Of a stretch of 64,000 nucleotides of DNA, positions 28,446-37,634 are shown in pieces. A model generated the notes under the pieces. It saw nothing but the letters and a program-made list of their open reading frames with translations. It had not been told where the DNA came from and did no database searches. The translations under genes and the position numbers were made by a program. Source of the DNA: a bacterium GBS-1 (lineage in GTDB: Bacteria > Synergistota > GBS-1); contig LEKQ01000001.1 in assembly GCA_001443005.1 (NCBI GenBank), positions 142,792 through 206,791 on the forward strand, read 5' to 3'. Each line of letters opens with the position of its first letter. Within the stretch, counting starts at the first letter, position 1.

Positions 28446-29437
28446 ATAAAACCCTCGTGAAGTTCCTTTTAATATACGCCACCATAATTGGAAACATTGC
28501 TCTATTTTTTCCATTTGTTTTCAGTGCCCTATTAGCTACTATTGCTATAGTTATCCTATTGGAACCCTTATCTCTAAGGTTAAGTAAAAAGCTTAAGATA
28601 TCAAGGCCAATCTCACATGCTATAGCGCTAATAGTCCTTTTCCTCTCTCTTACCACAATTCTTGTCTTTTTAATACCACCACTTATAAAAGAAACAGCCA
28701 ACTTCTACGAAATGGTAGCCAAGTTTTTCGAAGGAAAAGAGTGGGAAAAGGTTTTATCTCCCACTCTGGCAACCAGGATAAGTCAGATAGTTTCTCTACT
28801 CGAACCAAAGCTATTAAGATTTTTCGAAAGTATGGTCTCAGCTATAACAAAAACGCTTCCTCAGATCTTCACATTTCTATTTTATGTAATCTTGGGTTCA
28901 GTATATCTAACCTACTATTTCCCATCGCTGAAAAAAAACGTCCCCTACCTCTTTCCCAAAAGTTGCAGAAAAGAAGCAATGTTTTTCCTGAGGGACGCTT
29001 ACATTCAACTAAGGCAATACATCTTTTCCGTAACAATAGTAGCTATACTAGTTGGAATCCTAATTGGATTATTACTTTGGATTTTGAAAACAAAATATGT
29101 GGTCCTACTAGGCTTTTGGGCAACCTTCACCAACTTTATTCCCATAATCGGCGTTTTCCTTGAACTTATACCTTTATTTTTAATGACCTTTTCTCTAGGG
29201 CTTAAGTCAAATATTGCACTAGCTATAGGCGTAACTATAATACACATTGTAGCATTTTTGATATTTTTGAAACTTATGGAAGGATATATAAAAATAAATC
29301 CTGTTTCCATAATATTCATAATCATGCTCTTTAGTAGCGCATTAGGTATCTTAGGAGCCTTGATAGCGGTACCCTCAGCCATTATTTTCAAGGCCTTTTG
29401 GTTAAGATTCATAGCACCCTTTCTCAACTCCAAGTAG
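28442..29437 (+). CDS. AI-2E family transporter (UPF0118/PerM-like)
   Basis: 331 aa with 7-8 TM helices and the typical AI-2E topology. Confidence 0.7.
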   Translation: MNKTLVKFLLIYATIIGNIALFFPFVFSALLATIAIVILLEPLSLRLSKKLKISRPISHAIALIVLFLSLTTILVFLIPPLIKETANFYEMVAKFFEGKEWEKVLSPTLATRISQIVSLLEPKLLRFFESMVSAITKTLPQIFTFLFYVILGSVYLTYYFPSLKKNVPYLFPKSCRKEAMFFLRDAYIQLRQYIFSVTIVAILVGILIGLLLWILKTKYVVLLGFWATFTNFIPIIGVFLELIPLFLMTFSLGLKSNIALAIGVTIIHIVAFLIFLKLMEGYIKINPVSIIFIIMLFSSALGILGALIAVPSAIIFKAFWLRFIAPFLNSK

Positions 29438-29449
29438 ATAAAAGAAGTA

Positions 29450-29478
29450 TTTACATTGCGATGGTAATTTTGTAAAAT
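29450..29478 (+). promoter_or_regulatory. strong sigma70-like promoter (TTTACA-17-TGnTAAAAT) with embedded inverted repeat
   Basis: -35 TTTACA at 29450-55, a 17-nt spacer, and extended -10 TGTAAAAT at 29471-78. TTTACA and TGTAAA form an inverted repeat that brackets the spacer. Confidence 0.6.
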
Positions 29479-29519
29479 ATATATAAAAAACTACTACGTG
29501 CGTTAAAGGAGGGGGGACG

Positions 29520-29909
29520 ATGGCACGGTATTTAGCAGCACACTCAGAGGCCTGCAGTGGCTGCAAAACCTGTCAACTTATCTGTGCCCTAATTCACTTT
29601 AAGGAAAATAACCCTAAAAAGGGAGCGATCATCGTCAAGTCTAACTTACCTGAACCTGGGTTTAAGATAACAACTTGTACGCAATGCGGAGTTTGTGCAA
29701 GCGTATGTCCAGTAGAAGCTATATATGAAGAGAATGGAGTCTACAAAATAGACAGAGGGAAATGCATAGGCTGTTACGCTTGTGTAAGCGCTTGCCCAGA
29801 GGAAGCCATGGTAAGGCATCCTGCGGAAACTGCTCCTATAAAGTGCGACCTATGTGGAGAGTGCATTCCCTACTGTGGGCTTAACGTCCTTTACATAGCT
29901 CAGGTATAA
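29520..29909 (+). CDS. four-[4Fe-4S]-cluster ferredoxin (AorA-like electron-transfer subunit)
   Basis: Four CxxCxxCxxxC(P) motifs in 129 aa. Lies immediately upstream of the AOR gene. Confidence 0.8.
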   Translation: MARYLAAHSEACSGCKTCQLICALIHFKENNPKKGAIIVKSNLPEPGFKITTCTQCGVCASVCPVEAIYEENGVYKIDRGKCIGCYACVSACPEEAMVRHPAETAPIKCDLCGECIPYCGLNVLYIAQV

Positions 29910-29939
29910 GGGGGGGAATTAAATATGTTAGGAGGATAT

Positions 29940-31754
29940 ATGAATAAGGTATTAAGGATAAATCTAACAACTGGAGAAATAAGAACAGAACCCCTTGATC
30001 TTAACATGGCAAGAAAGTTCTTAGGTGGAAGAGGTTTTGCCTCTTATACCCTTTACAAGGAGTTAAAAAAGGGAATAGATCCATTAGGCCCAGAAAATAA
30101 GCTGATAATGGCATCTGGCCCTCTTGCAGGTTTATTCCATCCTTGCAGCAGCAAGATCACATTCGCAGCAAAGTCTCCTCTAACTGGAATCTACGGAGAT
30201 AGTAATATGGGAGGTCATCTAGCAGCGGAGCTTAAATACGCTGGTTATGATATGGTAATATTCGAGGGATCCTCAAACAAGCCCGTTTATATAGTTATAG
30301 ATGACGATAAGGTTGAAATTAGGGATGCTTCCCATCTCTGGGGTAAGGGGACAATTGAAACAGAAAAGCAGCTTAAGGATGAGCTTGGAGATGATTTCCA
30401 AATAGCAGTCATAGGACCAGCGGGAGAAAATTTAGTTAAGGTGGCTATAATAAGACACGATTTCGGTAGAGAATCAGGAAGGACTGGTGTGGGTGCAGTT
30501 ATGGGGTCCAAAAAAATAAAAGCTATAGCGGTTCGAGGCACTAAAAGCATACCAGTAGCTGATTTCGATGAATACCTTAGGATTGGTAAAGAGATGTTCA
30601 AATCTTTAATGTCAAGTCCTATATTCCCAGAATTTCAAAGGTATGGAACCACAATGGTTGTAGATTGGGTAAATGAAATAGGAGCATTCCCAACAAGGAA
30701 CTTCGCTACAGGCTATCATGAAAATTACAAAGAGCTAAATGGAACCGCAATGAAGGAAAGAGTCTGGATCCATGACAAGGCTTGTGGTTTCTGCCCCATA
30801 GCTTGCGGAAACTACTCTCGAGTGGAGTATAAAGGAAAAACGTATTACGTAGAGGGACCCGAATATGAAACCATAGGTATGATTGGCGGATGCTGTGTGA
30901 TGCCATCCATATACGAGGTAACTTACGGAAATTATGTTTGTGATAACCTCGGCTTAGATACTATTTCCACAGGTGCGATAATAGCCTTCGCTTACGAATG
31001 TTACGAAAAGGGAATAATAACTAAAAATGATACCAATGGGCTCGAATTGAGATGGGGAGATATAGAATCCTTTGCAAAGCTTGCTGAGATGATCGCAAAG
31101 AGAGAGGGAATAGGAAACATATTAGCTGAAGGAGTTAAGAAGGCCGCTGAAAGTTTCGGTAAAGACTCTATAAAATTCGCCATGCAAGTAAAGGGTATGG
31201 AAATAAGCGCTTATGAATCCCACTGGGCACCTGCTATGCTCCTAGCATACGCTACATGCGATATTGGAGCACATCATAATAGAGCTTGGGCTATAACATA
31301 TGATATAGAAGTAGGAAGAGAGAAGATCACAAAGGACAAAGCTGAAAGGGTTGTGTTCCTGCAACATGCAAGGCCCATGTTCGATGCTCTCGGGGTGTGC
31401 AGGCTGACATGGGTCGAATGCGGATTAAACCTGGAATATTATGCTAAAATCTACAGTGCAGTAACTGGATGGGAAACTACTTTAAACGACCTCCTTAAAT
31501 GCGCTGAGAGAGCCTGGAACCAAAACAGGCTATTTGCCATAAGAGAGATTCCCGATTTCGGAAGGAAATATGATTACCCACCAGCAAGGTGGATGGAAGA
31601 ACCAGCCATAAGCGGACCAACGAAGGGCAGGCTCATTCCTAAAGAAGACGTAGATAAACTACTTGACTTCTACTACGAAGTTAGAGGTTGGGATAAATAT
31701 GGTAGACCTACTCCTGAAAAAATAAAAGAGTTAGAACTGGAGGTGACAGAGTAA
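29940..31754 (+). CDS. aor: tungsten-containing aldehyde:ferredoxin oxidoreductase (AOR family)
   Basis: AOR N-terminal and catalytic domains (NKVLRINLTTGEI; GRESGRTG; DxxCGxC region). ATG at 29940 has TTAGGAGGATAT SD; the track start at 29925 is an upstream in-frame ATG. Confidence 0.9.
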   Translation: MNKVLRINLTTGEIRTEPLDLNMARKFLGGRGFASYTLYKELKKGIDPLGPENKLIMASGPLAGLFHPCSSKITFAAKSPLTGIYGDSNMGGHLAAELKYAGYDMVIFEGSSNKPVYIVIDDDKVEIRDASHLWGKGTIETEKQLKDELGDDFQIAVIGPAGENLVKVAIIRHDFGRESGRTGVGAVMGSKKIKAIAVRGTKSIPVADFDEYLRIGKEMFKSLMSSPIFPEFQRYGTTMVVDWVNEIGAFPTRNFATGYHENYKELNGTAMKERVWIHDKACGFCPIACGNYSRVEYKGKTYYVEGPEYETIGMIGGCCVMPSIYEVTYGNYVCDNLGLDTISTGAIIAFAYECYEKGIITKNDTNGLELRWGDIESFAKLAEMIAKREGIGNILAEGVKKAAESFGKDSIKFAMQVKGMEISAYESHWAPAMLLAYATCDIGAHHNRAWAITYDIEVGREKITKDKAERVVFLQHARPMFDALGVCRLTWVECGLNLEYYAKIYSAVTGWETTLNDLLKCAERAWNQNRLFAIREIPDFGRKYDYPPARWMEEPAISGPTKGRLIPKEDVDKLLDFYYEVRGWDKYGRPTPEKIKELELEVTE

Positions 31755-31755
31755 T

Positions 31756-31779
31756 GGGAAGGGGAAAAAACCCCTTCCC
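31756..31779 (+). terminator. GC-rich hairpin after aor (weak terminator or processing/stability element)
   Basis: GGGAAGGGG-AAAAAA-CCCCTTCCC stem-loop with no clear U-tract. It sits 11 nt before the next start. Confidence 0.4.
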
Positions 31780-31790
31780 ATTACATTAAC

Positions 31791-32018
31791 ATGGCGATAA
31801 AGATTAGAACTGGAGGGCTAACTCTTAAAAGATATATCCCAGATATCTATTATGTAGATATAGATTCGCCCCTTACCGTTAGAGATCTACTCACTAAACT
31901 TGGCATACCTGAAGGACTAATCGCTGGGGTAATCATAGATGGTAAAATAGTAGATAAGTCATACGAGATTAAGGATGGACAGGAAATCGTTCTAATGCCG
32001 CCTATCTCAGGAGGTTAA
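31791..32018 (+). CDS. MoaD/ThiS-family ubiquitin-like sulfur-carrier protein (C-terminal GG)
   Basis: 75 aa ending ...LMPPISGG, with the beta-grasp pattern IIDGKIV...IKDGQEIVLMPP. Confidence 0.75.
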   Translation: MAIKIRTGGLTLKRYIPDIYYVDIDSPLTVRDLLTKLGIPEGLIAGVIIDGKIVDKSYEIKDGQEIVLMPPISGG

Positions 32019-32024
32019 ACAGTA

Positions 32025-33170
32025 TTGAGAAGTTCCGCGGAAGCGGTTATCATCGGTGGAGGAGTTCAAGGCTGCTCACTGGCTTATAACCTCGCTAAAA
32101 GGGGATGCAAGAACGTAGTTTTAGTTGAACAAAAATTCTTAGCCTACGGAGGAACGGGAAGATCGGGCGGGGGAGTAAGACATCAATTTGGAACAGAGAT
32201 AAATTGCAGACTTGCTATCTATAACGTGAAGTGTTTCGAATACTTACAAGATGAATTAGGTTACAAGGAAAGCATAGAGTTTGAACAGGGAGGTTATCTT
32301 TGGATAGCTTATACTGAGCGCCAGCTGGAACAGCTTAGAAAAAACGTTAAGCTCCAGAATAGCTTAGGTATACCCTCCATGCTCTTATCTCCCACAGATA
32401 TAAAAGAATTAATCCCCCAAATCAACCTGGATGGGATAATAGGAGGCAGCTTCTGTGAAAAGGATGGACATATAAATCCATTCCATGTCACATTAGCTTA
32501 CGCTGAAGCTGCAAAAAGGCTCGGTGTTGAGATAAACACTTACACTAAAGTTATAGGAATAAAACTAAAGGGAAATACAATAGATGGGGTATATACTGAC
32601 AAAGGATTTATATCTACCCCCATAGTTGTTAACTGCGCTGGTCCCTGGGGTAAGGAAATAGCCAAACAGATTGGTATCGAAATTCCCCTATATTCTGAAA
32701 GACACCAAATACTAGTCACAGAACCAGTAGAAAGAACGCTAAGAAGCCTTATACTATGTTTAGACGATGGATCTTACTGGAAGCAAACACCGCATGGTAA
32801 CTTTATGCTCGGGATAGGAAACCCAAACGAGGCTAAGGGCTTCAACATGAGTTCGAGTTGGCAATTTCTTGAAGAAGCTTCAAGGAAAATAGTGAAAAAG
32901 ATGCCAATATTATCAAACCTCAGGGTTATAAGACAATGGGCAGGCCTATACGACATAACTCCTGACTCTCAAGCTATTTTAGGACCAACTAAGATAAATG
33001 GATTTTACCTTAATCTTGGATGGAGTGGTCATGGCCTTCAGTTCGCTCCATCCATAGGAAGGGCTTTATCTGAGCTTATACTTGGCGAAAAACCTTTCAT
33101 TGATATAAGTCCATTTTACATTGAAAGATTTGAAAACGGAAAGCTCATTCCTGAACCTGCTTGCATCTAG
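32025..33170 (+). CDS. FAD-dependent oxidoreductase, DAO family (sarcosine/glycine oxidase beta-like)
   Basis: AVIIGGGVQGCSLAYNLAKRG dinucleotide fold and the GTGRSGGGVRHQ motif typical of SoxB/ThiO/ProDH-beta enzymes. Confidence 0.75.
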   Translation: MRSSAEAVIIGGGVQGCSLAYNLAKRGCKNVVLVEQKFLAYGGTGRSGGGVRHQFGTEINCRLAIYNVKCFEYLQDELGYKESIEFEQGGYLWIAYTERQLEQLRKNVKLQNSLGIPSMLLSPTDIKELIPQINLDGIIGGSFCEKDGHINPFHVTLAYAEAAKRLGVEINTYTKVIGIKLKGNTIDGVYTDKGFISTPIVVNCAGPWGKEIAKQIGIEIPLYSERHQILVTEPVERTLRSLILCLDDGSYWKQTPHGNFMLGIGNPNEAKGFNMSSSWQFLEEASRKIVKKMPILSNLRVIRQWAGLYDITPDSQAILGPTKINGFYLNLGWSGHGLQFAPSIGRALSELILGEKPFIDISPFYIERFENGKLIPEPACI

Positions 33171-33196
33171 GGGTGATATGATTTTAACAAGAGGTG

Positions 33197-34180
33197 ATGC
33201 ATTTGCTTATCATTAGGAAGTCAGACATTGAAAAAGCCATAACGATGAGTGATGCTATTAAAGCCATAAGAAGAGGATTTGCAACCTTCTCCAAAGGGAG
33301 AGCAATTGTTCCATTAAGGATACCCATAAGCATAGAAAAGAATACCGTTCTATTTATGCCAGGAGCCCTAACGGACGAGAAAAAAGTTGGTATTAAGGTC
33401 GTTTCTGTATATCCCCAGAATATAGAGAGCAACTTACCCCTGATACATGCAGCAATCCTTCTCATAGATGGGGAAAAAGGCATACCTAAGGCTTTAATAG
33501 AAGGAGGTTACGTTACAGCTATAAGAACAGGAGCTGCAGGCGGTGTCGCAGCTGACCTTCTAGCGAGAAAAGATGCAGAGGTCGCTTTCGTTTTTGGAGC
33601 TGGTGTTCAAGGAAGAAGCCAGCTCGAAGCTTTATGTGCTGTTAGGAACATAAAGCTCGCTTATGTATACGACATAGATTCGACTAAAGCTAAAATCTAT
33701 GAAACAGAGATGAAAGAAAAGCTTGGAATAGAAGTAAGGTTCGTTAAAAACTATGAGCGATTCATTCCCGAAGCTGACATTATAGTCACCGCAACACCAT
33801 CCAGAGAACCTTTTTTAAAAGGTGAGCTTCTCAAAGAGGGAGTTCACATAAACGCCATAGGTTCTCACACAACAGATATGAGCGAACTAGACACGAGTGT
33901 CTTCAAAAGAGCCTCGATTATAGCGGTCGACTCAAAAGAAGCAGTTCTTAAAGAAGCAGGGGAAGTTATAAATGCTATTAAAGCCTCTGTAATTAGAGAA
34001 AAAGACTTAATCGAAATCGGAGAGATAATAAACGACCCATCTAAGTCTAGGAAGCATGAAAGGGAAATAACTATTTTTAAGACCGTAGGTATAGCTATAG
34101 AAGATGTAGTAGTTGGAGAGCTTATATATGAAAAAGCCAAAGAAAAGAGCGTTGGAATAGAAATAAAGGACTTTTTCTGA
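33197..34180 (+). CDS. ornithine cyclodeaminase / mu-crystallin family protein
   Basis: Mu-crystallin Rossmann pattern (VFGAGVQGRSQLEAL) and OCD-family N-terminus. Confidence 0.8.
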   Translation: MHLLIIRKSDIEKAITMSDAIKAIRRGFATFSKGRAIVPLRIPISIEKNTVLFMPGALTDEKKVGIKVVSVYPQNIESNLPLIHAAILLIDGEKGIPKALIEGGYVTAIRTGAAGGVAADLLARKDAEVAFVFGAGVQGRSQLEALCAVRNIKLAYVYDIDSTKAKIYETEMKEKLGIEVRFVKNYERFIPEADIIVTATPSREPFLKGELLKEGVHINAIGSHTTDMSELDTSVFKRASIIAVDSKEAVLKEAGEVINAIKASVIREKDLIEIGEIINDPSKSRKHEREITIFKTVGIAIEDVVVGELIYEKAKEKSVGIEIKDFF

Positions 34181-34220
34181 TCAAGACCCAACCCAGCAGT
34201 TTAACAGACTAGCCAAAGGA

Positions 34221-34571
34221 GTGATTTCATTGAAGCTTAAAGAGGTTATGAACACCCTAGAAGCTAAAATCTACACTGGGGAAGAGCTTCTTGAAAGAGA
34301 AATCAGTTTTGGTTGTGCATCAGATATGATAAGTGATATTCTAGCATTAGCTAAACCTGGTTCACTTTTGCTTACAGGTATAATCGCCCCCCAGATAATA
34401 AGGATAGCGAAAATACTAGATCTATCTGGAATAGTTATTGTTAGGGGTAAAGAGCCCATGGAAGAAACAATAGCTAAAGCAAAAGAAGAAAGGGTTCCCC
34501 TCTTAGGAACTAAATTTCTTTTATTTGATGCTTGTGGAAAACTTTACGAGAAAGGGCTAAGGGGTACATGA
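34221..34571 (+). CDS. DRTGG domain protein
   Basis: 116 aa, with GIVIVRG and the DRTGG-type C-terminus (...KGLRGT). Confidence 0.6.
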   Translation: MISLKLKEVMNTLEAKIYTGEELLEREISFGCASDMISDILALAKPGSLLLTGIIAPQIIRIAKILDLSGIVIVRGKEPMEETIAKAKEERVPLLGTKFLLFDACGKLYEKGLRGT

Positions 34572-35527
34572 GCGAGATAGAGCTTGATTTAATAAGCCAC
34601 CTAAGCGAATATAAAAGGATCTTTAGCTTCTTGACCGCAGAAGATATAATGAAAAAAGAGCTAATAACCTTAACTCCAGAGAACTATCTCTCTGAAGCAA
34701 GAGTTATAATGCGCGACAAGAGAATCTCAGGCATACCTATAGTAGATAAAGAAGGTAAACTTGTTGGTTTAGTTAGCACAGAGCGTATAATAAGAGCTCT
34801 CGAGGAAGGGATAATAAGCAATAAGATAAAGGAATACATGACCCCCCGAGAGAAGATCGTATACTTCAGTCCGAAAGATACCTTCGAAAAAATCGTAGAA
34901 ACCTTTGAAAGATATAGATACGGCAGATATCCTGTGATAGACGAGCATAACAAACTTTTAGGCCTTATAACCAAGCACGACATCTTAAGGGCTATCCTAA
35001 AACAGTTTCATTCAATATATATTCACGACAGAAGGAGAGAAGAGTATCTAAATAGGGAAGTTTCCATTCTTGCAAGTGATAAGTTTATAGAAGACAAGGC
35101 CTCTTTCAGATATGATATAAATACCCAATCCATATCAGAAGCAGGAGAGGGAACAGCCCTTCTAAAGAAGGTATTGGAAAAAAGAGGATATCATAGAGAT
35201 TTCATCAGAAGAGTAAGCATAGGGACATATGAAGCAGAGGTAAATGTAGTGATACACGCGGGAGGAAAGGGCTTGATATTAGCTTTTTTTGAAGAAGATG
35301 GTGTTGTAGTTTTTGTCAGGGACTGGGGGCCAGGAATAGAAGATATAGATTTAGCGATGAAAGAAGGTTTCTCAACCGCACCAGATCATATAAGGGAGCT
35401 GGGCTTTGGGGCTGGTATGGGATTACCAAATATGAGAAGAGCTGCTGACAGACTTGTAATACTATCGCAAAGTGGGAAAGGGACTAGAGTAGAAATGGTA
35501 TTCAACCTAAAGGAGGGAAGAGATTGA
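34568..35527 (+). CDS. CBS-pair sensor fused to GHKL (HATPase_c) ATPase domain
   Basis: Two CBS motifs (ISGIPIVDKEGKLVGLVS; YPVIDEHNKLLGLITKHD). C-terminal ATP-binding Bergerat fold (DWGPGIED...GFGAGMGLP). Confidence 0.7.
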   Translation: MSEIELDLISHLSEYKRIFSFLTAEDIMKKELITLTPENYLSEARVIMRDKRISGIPIVDKEGKLVGLVSTERIIRALEEGIISNKIKEYMTPREKIVYFSPKDTFEKIVETFERYRYGRYPVIDEHNKLLGLITKHDILRAILKQFHSIYIHDRRREEYLNREVSILASDKFIEDKASFRYDINTQSISEAGEGTALLKKVLEKRGYHRDFIRRVSIGTYEAEVNVVIHAGGKGLILAFFEEDGVVVFVRDWGPGIEDIDLAMKEGFSTAPDHIRELGFGAGMGLPNMRRAADRLVILSQSGKGTRVEMVFNLKEGRD

Positions 35528-35859
35528 AAGTAAGGGAGATCATTGAGATTTTAGATTGCGAGGTCCTAACCGGAAACGTAAATCTAGAGGAAGAAGTAAA
35601 ATACGGTTACACAAGTGACCTTCTAAGCGAAGTTATAGGCAAAGCACATCCAGACTCGGTTTGGATTACTATACAAAGTCACCTAAACATCGTTGCTGTA
35701 GCAGTATTGGTAGGTATAAAGGCAATTGTAGTCTGTGAGGGGAAAACAGTAGATCCCAAAGTAGTAGAAAAAGCTATTCAAGAAAAGGTAGCTATAATAA
35801 CTACAAGAGAAAACTCATTCAGAACTTCTGGAAAGCTATACGAAGCTGGACTAAGATAA
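35524..35859 (+). CDS. DRTGG domain protein
   Basis: 111-aa paralogue of 34221 ending ...KLYEAGLR. Confidence 0.6.
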   Translation: MKVREIIEILDCEVLTGNVNLEEEVKYGYTSDLLSEVIGKAHPDSVWITIQSHLNIVAVAVLVGIKAIVVCEGKTVDPKVVEKAIQEKVAIITTRENSFRTSGKLYEAGLR

Positions 35860-35884
35860 AGCTTCTATGTTATAATTTAGCAGG

Positions 35885-36616
35885 ATGTGGTATAAAGCTG
35901 ACCTCCACGTTCATACGGTGCTTTCGGCCTGTGCGGACTGGGAAATGACCCCAACCAACATAGTGCACAGAGCCAAGGAGGTAGGGTTAAACATATTAGC
36001 TATTACTGATCACAATACCGTTAAGAATGTGGGAGCAGGCATTAGAGCAGGTCAAAGAGAAAACATCTTGGTTATACCAGGTGTGGAGATACAAACGAAA
36101 GAAGAAGTCCATATAATAGCTCTTTTCCCCTCTGAAGAAAAAGCCCTCGCGTTTGAAGAATGGTTAAAACCCCTCTTGCCTAATTTAAACAATGATGAGG
36201 ATCTCTTTGGAGTCCAAGTTGTAGTAGATGAAGAAGACAACGTAGTAGAGATAGATAAGAGATTACTCCAAATCTCTGCTAATGCTTCAATAGAGGAAGT
36301 TATGCTTAAAGTGAAGCAACTGGATGGAGTGGCTTATCCAGCTCACATAAACAGAGATTTTTGTGGAATTATACCCACCCTAGGTTTTATTCCCCCTGAT
36401 CTCCCATTTAAAATACTCGAAATTAACCATAACACTGATCTTTCATCTTTCCTCAAAACCCATCCAGAGTTAAACGATTACGTAATATTAATTTCATCAG
36501 ATGCACATTTTCTATCATCTATAGGAAACTCAAGAACGGCCATATACCTACGAAATTTAAGCTCCAGCGAGTTAATTGAAGCAATTCAAGACAAAAGGAG
36601 GGTTAAAGTATGGTAA
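35885..36616 (+). CDS. PHP-domain phosphoesterase
   Basis: DLHVHTVLSACAD...ILAITDHN is the PHP metal-binding signature. Confidence 0.75.
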   Translation: MWYKADLHVHTVLSACADWEMTPTNIVHRAKEVGLNILAITDHNTVKNVGAGIRAGQRENILVIPGVEIQTKEEVHIIALFPSEEKALAFEEWLKPLLPNLNNDEDLFGVQVVVDEEDNVVEIDKRLLQISANASIEEVMLKVKQLDGVAYPAHINRDFCGIIPTLGFIPPDLPFKILEINHNTDLSSFLKTHPELNDYVILISSDAHFLSSIGNSRTAIYLRNLSSSELIEAIQDKRRVKVW

Positions 36617-37083
36617 AATTATCAAAAGAGAAGCTTGATAAAGTTGAAACCATATTGGATCGCTTTCCTAAAGGGCAGTCATCGTTAATAGGGGCTCTTC
36701 ATGCAATACAGCTTGAAATAGGTTATCTTCCAGAGGAAGTCCAAAAGCTTGTGGCTGAAAAACTTGAAATTCCAGAAAGCACCGTCTACGGTGTTGTAAC
36801 ATTTTACAACTTTTTCCGTAAAGAACCCGTCGGAAAGTATATAATAACCGCTTGTCAGGGAACAGCTTGTCACGTGAGGGGAGCAGGAAGCGTAATCGAA
36901 GCTTTCGAAAAAACCCTAGGAATAAAGGTAGGGCATACAACACCAGATGGAAAGTTTACGCTTGACATAGCAAGATGTTTCGGCGCATGTGGATTAGCAC
37001 CTGTTGTTATGGTCAATAACGATATATATGGAAGGATGAGCCCAAAGAAGGTAGAAGAAGTAATAGCAAAATACAGAGATTAA
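36610..37083 (+). CDS. NuoE/HoxE/HydC-like [2Fe-2S] thioredoxin-fold subunit (copy 1)
   Basis: CQGTACH...CFGACGLAPV four-Cys pattern of NuoE/HndA. Confidence 0.85.
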   Translation: MVKLSKEKLDKVETILDRFPKGQSSLIGALHAIQLEIGYLPEEVQKLVAEKLEIPESTVYGVVTFYNFFRKEPVGKYIITACQGTACHVRGAGSVIEAFEKTLGIKVGHTTPDGKFTLDIARCFGACGLAPVVMVNNDIYGRMSPKKVEEVIAKYRD

Positions 37084-37634
37084 TGGAGGAACTATCTCTA
37101 CACCTAATAGACTTAATTGAAAACTCTATAAGCGCTAAAGCCTCTTTAATAAAGATCCTTATCGAAGTAAGTAAATCAAACGATCTAATAAAGATAGTTA
37201 TAGAAGATAACGGAGAGGGTATGAATGAAGAGGAAATCGAAAAGGCAAAAGATCCATTCTTCACAACCAAAAAGAACAAAAAAGTTGGTTTAGGTATTCC
37301 TATATTTGCTCAAATTGTTGAGTCTTGCGGAGGAAGATTTGAAATCGTTAGCCAAAAGGGGAAGGGAACAAAAGTCAACGCTGAGATGAAGCTTAGTCAC
37401 ATAGATCGCCCCCCATTGGGAGATCTCGCTTCAACCTTATTCACATCTATAATAGGGCACCCTGATGTAGACTTTTTAATAAAGATAAAGACTGATGAAG
37501 GAATCGTTGAGATCAACACAGCAGAAATTAAAGAGTTTTTGGGGGAAAGCTCCTTCAACCATCCTGAGGTTATAATCTTTTTAAGAGAGAACATTGATAG
37601 AGAAATAAAAGGCATACTGAAAGGAGGTATATAA
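37083..37634 (+). CDS. histidine-kinase-like ATPase (HATPase_c only) associated with hydrogenase operon
   Basis: N/G1/G2 boxes (IEDNGEGM; GLGIP). No sensor or DHp domain. Conserved position after NuoE, as in bifurcating hydrogenase operons. Confidence 0.7.
   Translation: MEELSLHLIDLIENSISAKASLIKILIEVSKSNDLIKIVIEDNGEGMNEEEIEKAKDPFFTTKKNKKVGLGIPIFAQIVESCGGRFEIVSQKGKGTKVNAEMKLSHIDRPPLGDLASTLFTSIIGHPDVDFLIKIKTDEGIVEINTAEIKEFLGESSFNHPEVIIFLRENIDREIKGILKGGI

Noticed and set aside
28741-29163. 140-aa plus-strand ORF in an alternative frame within the AI-2E transporter gene
   Set aside because: It is fully nested in a well-supported membrane-protein CDS and has no family similarity, so it is a frame artefact.
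29520-31754. Possibility that the AOR or hydrogenase large subunit contains selenocysteine (in-frame TGA)
   Set aside because: Both genes are continuous ORFs with Cys at the relevant positions (DPCLSCATH in HoxH). No in-frame TGA with a downstream SECIS-like hairpin was seen.
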